DNA from: Octopus sinensis
Lineage: Eukaryota
NCBI RefSeq assembly: GCF_006345805.1
Contig: NC_043015.1
Coordinates: forward strand, 33,046,001-33,110,000
Length of the DNA: 64,000 nt
Reading direction: 5' to 3'
Each line of letters opens with the position of its first letter. The stretch's first letter is position 1. The notes under the pieces were generated by a model. That model was not told where the DNA came from, did not search any database, and worked only from the letters and a program-made list of their open reading frames with translations. Both the position numbers and the translations under genes were made by a program. Of the stretch, positions 54,235 through 64,000 are shown in pieces.

Positions 54235-56130
54235 TCATCTTATATGACTGAGTGGACCACTTGTATTGGTGCTGGTAGGGCCATCAATGCTGGTGTTTTC
54301 TTCCTTGACATGTCTCTCAGTTTTAGTTTTTCTTTCAGATGTGTTCCCTTCTGGATCAGTAGGGTAAGGGGAACATCTGCTACTCACATCAGGGTCTCCA
54401 TCCTTGTCATCCTTTTTGAGTTCCTGTGCAAAGATGGTGTCAAGTGTGTTAATGTAAGGTTTGATGAGGGCACAGGAGCAGATTGACTCTTGTCTTTTTC
54501 CGTTCTGTCTGACCTTTGGTCTCTATGTTGCCATTGTCCTTCAGAGCTGCTGTTATGATATTATTTGGATTGTCTCCTACGGCTATTTGCCATCCACCCT
54601 CTCAGAGTTTCAGTTCATTACTGACCCAGGTTCAAGACATCTTTAACCTTCTGTACATATTTAGAGAAATATTGAGGTAAGGAGAGACAGGGAGAGAGAG
54701 GAAGAGAGACAGGTGTACGTTGTATGGATCTATGCGTGCAAAGGTGGGAGGGGTTTTAGCTGGAATAGGGAGGAGACATCTGTGTGACTTTGAGTATATA
54801 ACTATAATCTTTCTATAGACATATTCCCATACACGCACATGTTCAACAGATGGGTATACATGGAGAGGGAGAGAGAGAGGTTGAGTAAGAGAGATAGAGA
54901 GGGAGAGAGAGTATGTGTGCATGAGCGTGTGTGCATGGACACCTCCAAGAGAGTGGGGGAGAGTGCAATAGGGAGAGGCACGCAGGGGAGAAAGAGGACT
55001 TGAGAGATTAGTCAATCAAGAGATCTGTGTGACTTTGAGTATACATCTATAGTATTTCTATAGACATATTCCTATATACACATATGTTTGACAGATAGAT
55101 AGATAGCTAGAGAGAGAGAGAGAGAGAGAGAATGAAAGTGAGTGAGAGAGAGGGAGAGAGTGAAAGTGAGCGAGAGACAGACAGGCAGAGAGAGCAAGAG
55201 AAAGAGAGAGAGAGCAAGAGATAGAAAGAGTGTGTACGTGTGAGTATGTGCATAAATGCATGCTCGAGAGAGTGTGGGGGTGTTACAGTGAAAGACACAC
55301 AGGGGGCGGGGAGAGTAATTGAGAAATTAATCAACCAATCGCAGATTAAATCGAAGGGTTTAAGAGTGGAGAGATTTATATGTTTTGGGATCGTAAACAT
55401 AAAAAAAAAACAGAATTTACTTCTCTTCGTAAAATTTCAATTGGTTGAAAAATTAATTTAAAGTGCTGAGCCTTAAAAGATTTAGAATCTAAAAAGATTT
55501 ATATATATACAGACACATGTAGTTAATTAATGAACTAAATAATTAATTACATATTCAAGTACTGATTTCCTGGGAATCTAGATATATAAGTCAGACGCGT
55601 TTCTGTTTATATATGGGAAAATAATGCTGCATGAGGAATTGGTTAGCGTAAACAAAGTCATTCTTACCTCTCTTGTTCACTTTCAACAGATCTGTTTATG
55701 TATAAGAAAATATAACGCTATGTGAGAAGTTGGTCAGTGTAAAGAAAGTCATTCTTACCTCAATTGGCTTTCGACAGATCGTAATTTACAAAACACAAAA
55801 AAATTGCATACGTGCATTTTCCCCCCACTTATTCACTAAGAGAATCGGATTTTTACTGTGGAAGTAGGGAAGATTCGATCCCTGATCTGATTATTCACAC
55901 AGGTTTTGCCATGTGTGGGTAATATATAATTTTTAATGTAAACAATGACAAAGTAACTTTCGCACTTTTCTATGCAAATTCTATCTCCGTAGTGTTTTCG
56001 TAGTGTGCATTATTACCTCAAGATAGAATAAAGATTGGTTACCATGAAGAATTCATGATTCTCTACGCAATTTTCTTAAACATTTCCATGACAAGGTGTA
56101 AACACGTGCTATCAGCAAGTTCCCATCTTG
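54235..56130 (-). pseudogene. Array unit U6 (Myb exon 54235-54640 with two stops and a frameshift)
   Basis: MS*TWVSNELKL*EGGWQIAVGDNPNNIITAALKDNGNIETKGQ / SCALIKPYINTLDTIFAQELKKDDKDGDPDVSSRCSP...HIR*. Microexon at 55668-55691; introns of 65 and 67 nt. Confidence 0.75.
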
Positions 56131-56169
56131 ATATTTACACAAACACACACACACACAAAATTCATTACA

Positions 56170-57244
56170 ATGACAGATCTATTGGACTTTCTAAGAGGTC
56201 AAATTGTTGGTGCTCGTAAGGCAGGCGCTAACATAATGAAAATAGCAAAAATGTTTGGTGTATCAAGAAGTACTTTCTTGAAAGTAATGACAGCCTTTGA
56301 GAAAGAGGGAAAAACCTCCTCATCAAAACAAAACTCTTGAAGAAAACCAAAACTTTCTGATAGGGTTCTTACGTAAATTGTTAGAAAGGATCAAAAAATT
56401 ACTGCTCCCAAAATTACTGTAGAGCTTAATGACCACCTTGCAAACCCAGTTTCCATGAAAACTGTTTGCTGGGAGCTGCACAAAGCTGGATTTCACGGGA
56501 GGGCTGCAATCAGAAAACCACTACTTTCAAAAGCAAATGTTGAAAAGCATTTTGAGTGGAGTAAAAACCTACAGAATTGGTCCCTAGAGCAGTGGAAGAG
56601 TGTTATTTTCTCAGACAAGTCATCCTTTACCTTATTTCCCACCACCAGCCAAGTATACGTGTGGAGACAGCCAAAAGAAGCATTTGACCCCAAATGCCTT
56701 CTTCCCACTGTTAAACATGGAGGAGGATCTGTGTTGATCTTGGGGGCTATATCTTGGAAATTCACTGGCCCAACTGTTTCCCTTCATAGCAGAATTAATA
56801 GTCAAGACTATTTAAGCATTTTATCTTATCAAATTCATCCTGAGGTTGTGGAACTGTTTCCAGGGGAAAATGCAATCTTTCAGGAGGATAATGCACCAAT
56901 TCACACAGCTAAAGTTGTTACTGAATGGCACGAGGAACATTCTGGTGAAGTTGAACATCTTATCTGGCTGCTGCAGTCCCCAGATCTCAATATTATTGAA
57001 CATTTATGGTGCATTTTAGAAAAACATCTAAGGAGTCAATATCCTCCACCATCATCACTACAAGAACTGGAGACTGTTTTAGCTGAAGAATGGACAAAAA
57101 TTCCTTTGGAAACAATTCAAACTTTGTACGAGTTCATATCTCGTACAATTCAAACTGCAATTACTGCCAAAGGCAATCCTACCCCATATTAAAATAAATT
57201 TGTTTGAAATTTTAAGGTGTGTCCATTGTTTTGTCCAACTCCTG
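56170..57244 (+). mobile_element. Tc1-type transposon, transposase pseudogene (56170-57192), DD36E spacing
   Basis: HTH region from ATG 56170 in the same frame as ORF 56455-57192, with two in-frame stops. Motifs FSDKS, HGGGSV, QEDNAPIH and SPDLNIIE. The right TIR ends cctg-TA; the left TIR is lost. Confidence 0.92.
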
Positions 57245-57245
57245 T

Positions 57246-58112
57246 ATGTGTGCACAGGTGGGAGGGGGATTAGTTGGCGTGAGTCTATACCTTTATTCTT
57301 TCTAAACACATATTCCCATATTCACACATGTTCAACAGATAGGTATACAGGGAGAGGGAGAGAGCGAGAGAGAATGAAAGTAAGAGAGTGAGAATGAAAG
57401 TAAGAGAGAGGGAGCGAGAGAGAGTGTGTGGGTGGGTGGGTACCACAGTGAGAGAGAAACGGGTGCAGAGAAGGATTGAGAAGTTAATCAATGAACCACG
57501 GATTAAATTAAGTTGTATAAGAGTGGAGAGACTTATGTTTTGGGATCGTAAATATAAAGAGAAATGGATTGAAAAATGAATACAAAGTGCAGACCCTAAA
57601 AAGCTTTATATATAAAAACACTAATTAACTAAGTATTCAATTACAGCTTTCCCGGAAATCTAGATATATAAATTAGACGCCTCTCTATTTATAAATATTA
57701 AAATAATGCCATGTGAGGAGTTGTTTAGTGTAAACAAAGTCATTCTTACCTCAATTGTTCGCTTTCGATAGATCTGTTTATGTATAAGAAAATAATGCCA
57801 CATGAGAATTTGGTAAGTGTAAACGAAGTCGTTCTTAACCTAATTGTTGGCTTTCGGGAGATTGTAGCAACAAAAGGACAAAAACATTGTATAGATACTC
57901 TTTTCTATCAAAATATTCTCTAAGAGAATCAGATTTTTTACTGTATAATTAGGGAAGGTTCGATCCTTGGCCTGATTATTCTTGGGGTTTTTGCCACAAG
58001 TGGGAGAGAATGAAGATCCATTACCATGATGTACTAACAATTTTCTAAGCAATTTTCTTACAGATTTCCTGGACAAAGTGAAAACACTTGCTATCAGCAA
58101 ATGACCATCTTC
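57246..58112 (-). pseudogene. Array unit U7 (Myb exon absent; internal deletion)
   Basis: Microexon at 57750-57773. Confidence 0.7.
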
Positions 58113-58365
58113 AAATATATATATATACACATACACACACACACACATATATATATATACATATATATACACACACATACACACACATACACACACATAT
58201 ATATAAATACATATATATATATATATAGATATATATATATATATATACACACATGTATATACACTATATATAATCACCCCAAGGATTTTTATGGATAACA
58301 CCATACAGAATTCTGGTGCATCTAAATTAAGTACCATATTCATTTGAATCTAAATTTTTGCTGAA

Positions 58366-58405
<40 letters not shown>

Positions 58406-58423
58406 TATATATACATATATATA

Positions 58424-58472
<49 letters not shown>

Positions 58473-58506
58473 GTACGTATATATGTAAATATGTATATAT
58501 ATATAT

Positions 58507-59060
58507 ATTAGAGGTTCCAGAAAATTCTGTGCATTTTTAAGCTATATATTTTAACGCTTCATTAAACACACCTGAAACGTAACACAGTTAAAACTTTGGC
58601 GTTGCTTGAAGTGATAATGCATCTCTTCTTTGTTCCTGACTAAAAACAGATTTGTCTTTCATTCCGGTTACCCTTTATTGATATTTGAAATGAATAACCA
58701 AAAAGTTCATATTCTCGTTGCAATGCTTTACCTTTTCAAAAAAAGGAGGAAGTTCTTCAAAGACTTGCAAAAACATTTGTGAAGGTTATGGTGATGATGA
58801 TGCTGCAGGTGAATCAACTATTCAAAGGTGGTTTGCAAAACTTGAAGCTGATGTATTTATCTTGGAAGGTGAGTTGTGTGAGAGGATCTTCAAAATTGGA
58901 TGAAGATGTTTTCAAGGCAAAACTCAAATATCACGACTACAGAACTTGCAGAGGAGATGGAAATTTCTAAAAGTACAGCTCATAAACACCTGGTGAAGCT
59001 AGAATACCATTTTGTAGTGTAACGCTTCAGGAAGTGCTACACTACAAAATGGTGTCATTC
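58507..59060 (+). mobile_element. Mariner remnant, 5' end with HTH
   Basis: Left end ttagaggttccagaaaattctgtgcatttt; peptide KTCKNICEGYGDDDAAGESTIQRWFAKL resembles the Mos1/Hsmar1 N-terminal HTH. Confidence 0.75.
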
Positions 59061-59229
59061 AAATATGTTAAACCTTCATTCCTCCTCTCAAGCGGTTCGG
59101 CAAAAGAGACCGATAGAATAAAGTACTAGGCTTACAAAGAATAAGTGTTGGGGGAGATTTGCTCGACTAATGGCGGTGCTCCAGCATGGCCACAGTCAAA
59201 TGACTGAAACAAGTAAAAGAATAAAAGAG

Positions 59230-59261
59230 TATATACACACGTGTTCAACATATAGGTATGC

Positions 59262-59316
<55 letters not shown>

Positions 59317-60250
59317 CAGATAGACAGAGACAGAGCGAGAGAGTGAGAGTGAGAGAGACACAGAAAGAGAGAGCAAATGAGAGAGACAGAAAGGGAAAGC
59401 AAAAGAGAGAGTGTGTAGATGTATGTTTGTGTGTGTGCATGCACGCCTGCTAGAGAGAGTGTGGGTGGTGCTACAAGGAGAGAGAGGAATGGAGGAATTA
59501 ATCAATCACACGTTAAATCGATGGGTATAATGGTGGAGAGACTTATATGGTTTGGGATCATAGATATAAAGAAAAACGGAATTTACTGCTCTTCATAAAA
59601 TTTCAGTTGATGGAAAAATTAATTTAAAGCACCGGCTAAAAAGATTTAGAGCCTAAAAAGATTTATATATAAGGACATGTTTAGTTAATTAATTCATTAA
59701 CTATAGAGTTAAATTACATATTTAATTACTGCTTTCCTGGAAATCTAAATATATAAGTCAGACACCTATCTGTTTATATATAAGAAAATAATGCTATGTG
59801 AGAAGTTGGCTAGTGTAAACAAAGTTATTCTTACCTCAATTGTTCAATTTCAACAGATCTGTTTATAAGAAAATAAAGCCACATGAGGAGTTGTTTAGCG
59901 TAAACAAAGTCGTTCTTACCTCAATTGTTGGCTTTTGATATTGTAATAATCAAAAGACAAAAAAAAAATTGTATACATACGTTTTTTCCTCCACTTATTG
60001 TCTAAGAGAGTCGGATTTTTTATTGTTTCAATCTCTGATCTGATTATTCACGCAGATTTTGCCCCACATGGGTGATATGCAAGCTTTTATGTAAACAAAC
60101 ACAAATCTTTATAATTTTCACACTTTTCTACAAAAATTCTACCTCTGTAGTGTTTCAATGCTTTTGTAGTGTGTATTATTACCTCACGATAGAATAAAGA
60201 TTGTTACCATGAAGTATTAATGATTTTCTACACAATTTTCTTAATATGAA
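59230..60250 (-). pseudogene. Array unit U8 (no Myb exon)
   Basis: Microexon at 59835-59858. Confidence 0.7.
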
Positions 60251-60266
60251 TGTGTGCATATGTATG

Positions 60267-60347
<81 letters not shown>

Positions 60348-60641
60348 ACATAGGTATATATATTGAGAAAGAGGGAGGTCAGAATTTTGAATAATTCTGT
60401 ATTAGTGCTTTCTTTCACTTATTGAATTTGTCAAGACAAAATTAAAATGGTAAAAACAGAATGTTTTGTTGAATTAAATGTTTGTTTTACTTTGATTAGA
60501 TGAGAAAAATATTTGGGTTTTTTTGGGGGAAAACGGGGGAAAGAGAGAAAGAAAAGCAAAGAGGGTGAGAAAAATAGACAGAGAGAGAGGTTTCAAGACA
60601 ATCAAGAACGAGGGGGAAATAATGAAGGATGGGGAATGGAC

Positions 60642-60726
<85 letters not shown>

Positions 60727-60879
60727 TATAGACAGACGGACAGATAAATAGAGAAAGAGAAAAAGAGAGGGAGAAAGAGAGGTTTCTTTTCAATTTGATT
60801 TGGTCAACCCATTGAAATTTCATTACAAAGCATTTTTCTTTTTACTTCTTTATTTTCTCTTCTTGCAATCCAAATAACT

Positions 60880-60930
60880 TTTCTCGAGCCATATTCCCAT
60901 ATATACACATGTTCCAGAGATAGGTATACA

Positions 60931-60969
<39 letters not shown>

Positions 60970-61500
60970 CGAGAGAACAAGAGTGAGAGAGCAAGAGAGA
61001 GAGACAGAGAGAGAGAACAAGACAGACAGATAGAGAACAAAAGAGAGTGAGAGGGAGAGCAAAAGGGAGTGTGTAAGTAGCTATGTGTGTGTGCACATGT
61101 AGATGTGCTAGAGAGTGTGGATGGGGTGCTACAAGAAAAGATACAGATTAAATATCAAAGGATGTAACGGTGGAGAGACTTATATATTTTGGCATCGTAA
61201 ATATAAAGAAAAATGGAATTTATTTCTCTCCGTAAAATTTCAGTTGATTGAAAAATTAATTTAAAGCACAGAGACTAAAGACATTTAGAGCCAAAAAAAA
61301 AATTATATATAAAGGCATGTGTAGTTAATTAATTAATTAAATAGTTAATTACCTACTCAAATACTACTTTCCTACTCAAATACACCTTTATATATGAGAA
61401 AATATTGCTGCTTGAGGCAACAGTGAACAGAAAGTCATTCTTACCTCGGTTGTTCACTTTCAAGAGATCTGTTTCTATATAAGAAAATAATGCCGCATGA
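60880..61500 (-). pseudogene. Array unit U9 (truncated upstream of the microexon)
   Basis: Microexon at 61445-61468. Confidence 0.65.
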
Positions 61501-61573
61501 GTAGTGTGTGTGTATGTGTGTGTGTGTGTGCATGTATGTATGTATATATATATAATATATATATATAATATAT

Positions 61574-61621
<48 letters not shown>

Positions 61622-61843
61622 TATATATATTTATATAAATAGCTGTATATGTATATATCTATATAGGTATACATTTATATGTGTACATATACATACATAC
61701 ATACATACCAATATATATACCAATACATATATATATATATATCAGATGCAGAAATAAATTTTTTATTCTCAAATACATGATAATGCTAATAAAATAGCAA
61801 GAACAGGATAAATTATCCATACATTGCAGAAAAATACGTCACC

Positions 61844-61915
61844 AGCCAGCCAGGAGACTTGAACTCACATCCCTGTGATTACACGTCAAGTGCTTTACGA
61901 TTAAGCTAAACTGCC
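61844..61915 (-). pseudogene. Degenerate tRNA-like sequence, Thr(TGT)-like
   Basis: GGCAGTT TA GCTT AATCGTA AAGC A CTTGA CGTGTAA TCACAG GGAT GTGAG TTCAAGT CTCC TGGCTGGC. The D stem is perfect; the anticodon, T and acceptor stems are mismatched. Confidence 0.5.
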
Positions 61916-61999
61916 CAGTAACGAATTCTTCTGCAATTTTAGAACTTATAAATTTAGCTTCATAAGACATTAACATTAAATTCAATGCTAGTGTGTGCA

Positions 62000-62300
62000 G
62001 GGCGGTGTAATGTGGTGTGGTGATGTGTGGTGTGTTGTGTTGTGGTGGTATGTGGTGTGGTAGTGTTAGGGTGGGGGGATGCGAGGGTGGGGGATGCAAG
62101 GGTGGGGTGTGTTGTAGTGATGAGGTGTGGGGTTGAGATGTGTAGTGGTGGGGTGTGGATGGAGGGGTTAGCGATGAAGAGAGGTGGAAGGGAGAAGGTG
62201 GGTAGGAATAAAGAGAGGAAGTAGGTGTCAGAGCAAGAGAGAAGAAGTGGGTGTGAAGAGAGGAGAGAGGAGGGGTGTTGAGCCCATGTGGTGCAAAGGA
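62000..62300 (+). repeat. (TGTGG)n and G-rich low-complexity tract
   Basis: gggtggggggatgcgagggtgggggatgcaagggtgggg; the minus strand of this tract produces ORF 61839-62534. Confidence 0.85.
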
Positions 62301-62309
62301 GTGAAGAGA

Positions 62310-62530
62310 GAAGATTAATTCCTGTTCACGGCGATGATGGAAATCTGGATGGCCCCTGTGCAAGGACAATCTGAACACGTATAGTTCAGGAGTGAATCTT
62401 GAAAATATTTGGTCAGAAGAACCACAAAAATTGACCCTTTGAATGTGGAGACTGTTTGGACACAGGAGAAGAGAGAAGAGTCGGGTCATCTGTTTGAGGA
62501 GAGTGGCATGCAGATACTTGCTCTCTAAGA
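62310..62530 (-). mobile_element. Possible decayed LINE ORF2 3' fragment
   Basis: Only weak resemblance of the peptide (SDQIFSRFTPELYVFR) to CR1/Jockey C-termini. Confidence 0.3.
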
Positions 62531-62599
62531 ACACAGAATTCTACATGATGATCCCATGAAGAGAGTGATAATTGGAAAAAGGAGCCAGTTCATCCCCAC

Positions 62600-63035
62600 A
62601 TCAGCAGTAAGGATCATGGCTGGTGCTGCAGTGGGAGGAGGAGGAGGAGGTTTTGTGTACAGTGCAAGAGCCAGTTTGTTAGTGAGGACCTGTCTCTCCA
62701 CGAGTGTTGAGGGTAACCATCAATGGAAACCCAAGGCTGACAGTCAGCTCAGCCTATAGTCCAACCAAGGGGGCACAGTGTGAGTGCAGAGGAGTTCCAT
62801 GCGAAAATAACACAGAGGAAACTGAAGCTAGCTGGACATGCTCCCTATAATTCAGAGTTGATACTGAACTCAGTGCTCCTGTGGGAGCCCCTACATGGAC
62901 ACACTAGAAGAGGGAGACTGAGGATGACATATGCTGATGCCCTAAGGACAGACGCTGGTCTCTGGGAGATGCAGGACATAGCAGCGATGATGATGGACAA
63001 GGACTGCCGGAGAGAACTTGTTTATGGAGTCGGGA
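62600..63035 (+). mobile_element. Internally deleted RTE-clade LINE (endonuclease fragment joined to the 3' end)
   Basis: RVLRVTINGNPRLTVSSAYSPT (APE domain) is followed directly by KITQRKLKLAGH...LLWEPLHGHTRRGRLRMTY. Confidence 0.75.
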
Positions 63036-63048
63036 ATTTTTCCTGCCC

Positions 63049-63120
<72 letters not shown>

Positions 63121-63199
63121 TGTGTATGTATATATATTTATACACACACACATATATATAAACATATATATATATATACATATATGTATATATATTTGC

Positions 63200-63701
63200 T
63201 CTTTTGTCCTGTTTGGTGTTGGTATTGGTGCTGGTAGGGCCATCAGTGCTGGTGTCTTATTCCTTGGCAGGATTTAGTTTTTATTTCAGATATGTTCCCT
63301 TGAGGATCAGTAGGGCCAGGGGAATGTCTGTCACTCACATCACGGTCTCGATCCTTCTCCTTCTTTGGCTATTTACCATCCTCTTAATAAAAGTTTCAGT
63401 TCAGTACTGACCAAATTCCAATACATCTTTAGACTGTTTCACGTCCTGTGCCAATATAGCTCGGAGAGGTCTAAGCTATATTGATCTGTGCATGCACAGG
63501 TGGGGGAGGGAGGATATTAGTTGGAATAGGGAGGAGACCTCTGTGTGACTTTGAGTATATAACTATAATCTTTCTATAGACATATTCCTATATACACATA
63601 TGTTTAACAAGGAGAGAGAGAGAGTGAGAAAGCAAGAGACAGACAGAGAGTGAGATTGAGAGAAAGAATGAGAGTGAGTGTATGTGTGTGTGTTTGTGTT
63701 T

Positions 63702-63739
<38 letters not shown>

Positions 63740-64000
63740 CGTACACGTGCTAGAGAGAATGTTGTGGGGTGCTATAAGGGGAGTGAGAAGAATTGAGAAA
63801 CTAATCAATTAATCGCAGATTAAATCAAAGGATATAATTGGCGGAGAGACATTTATGTTTTGGGATCGTAAATAGAAAGCAAAACTGAACTTACTGATCT
63901 TCGTAAAATCTCAGTTGTCTGAAAAATTAATTTAAAAAATCAGAGCCTAGAAAGATTTATATATATAAATACACATGTAGTTAATTAAGTAATTATCTAA
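63200..64000 (-). pseudogene. Array unit U10 (Myb exon 63200-63426 internally deleted; the unit runs off the window)
   Basis: MYWNLVSTELKLLLRGW*IA, then a jump to the DVSDRHSPGPTDPQGN region. Confidence 0.7.

Noticed and set aside
57840-58343. 167-aa minus-strand ORF inside unit U7
   Set aside because: It is created by microsatellite plus a U7-specific deletion joining exon A to intron sequence; the frame is not kept in other units.
61839-62534. 231-aa Pro/His/Thr-rich ORF
   Set aside because: Mostly the reverse complement of a (TGTGG)n/G-rich low-complexity tract.

Overview
Eukaryotic, AT-rich, repeat-dense genomic DNA. By inference it is an octopod cephalopod, based on the microsatellite load and tRNA-derived SINE families resembling those of Octopus. 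There is no operon or CRISPR content, and most entries in the ORF track are microsatellite artefacts. The first ~40 kb is a mosaic of SINEs, decayed LINEs (RTE, R4-like, CR1, Penelope, an L1/Tx1-like ORF1), MITEs, a small Helitron and long (TA)n/(CA)n tracts, with a few candidate exons of an unidentified host gene. It also holds a 31-bp minisatellite whose units carry RFX X-box motifs. The main result lies at 40.7-64 kb: ten divergent tandem copies of a 1-2 kb unit that reads on the minus strand as a spliced gene. Each unit has short 5' exons, a 24-nt microexon with intact GT-AG in all nine copies that reach it, ~65-nt introns with a CTAAC-type branch point, and a last exon encoding a Myb/SANT-like (trihelix) DNA-binding domain. 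All four Myb exons visible are damaged and different units carry different transposon insertions, so this looks like a birth-and-death gene array. A DD36E Tc1-type element sits inside the array.
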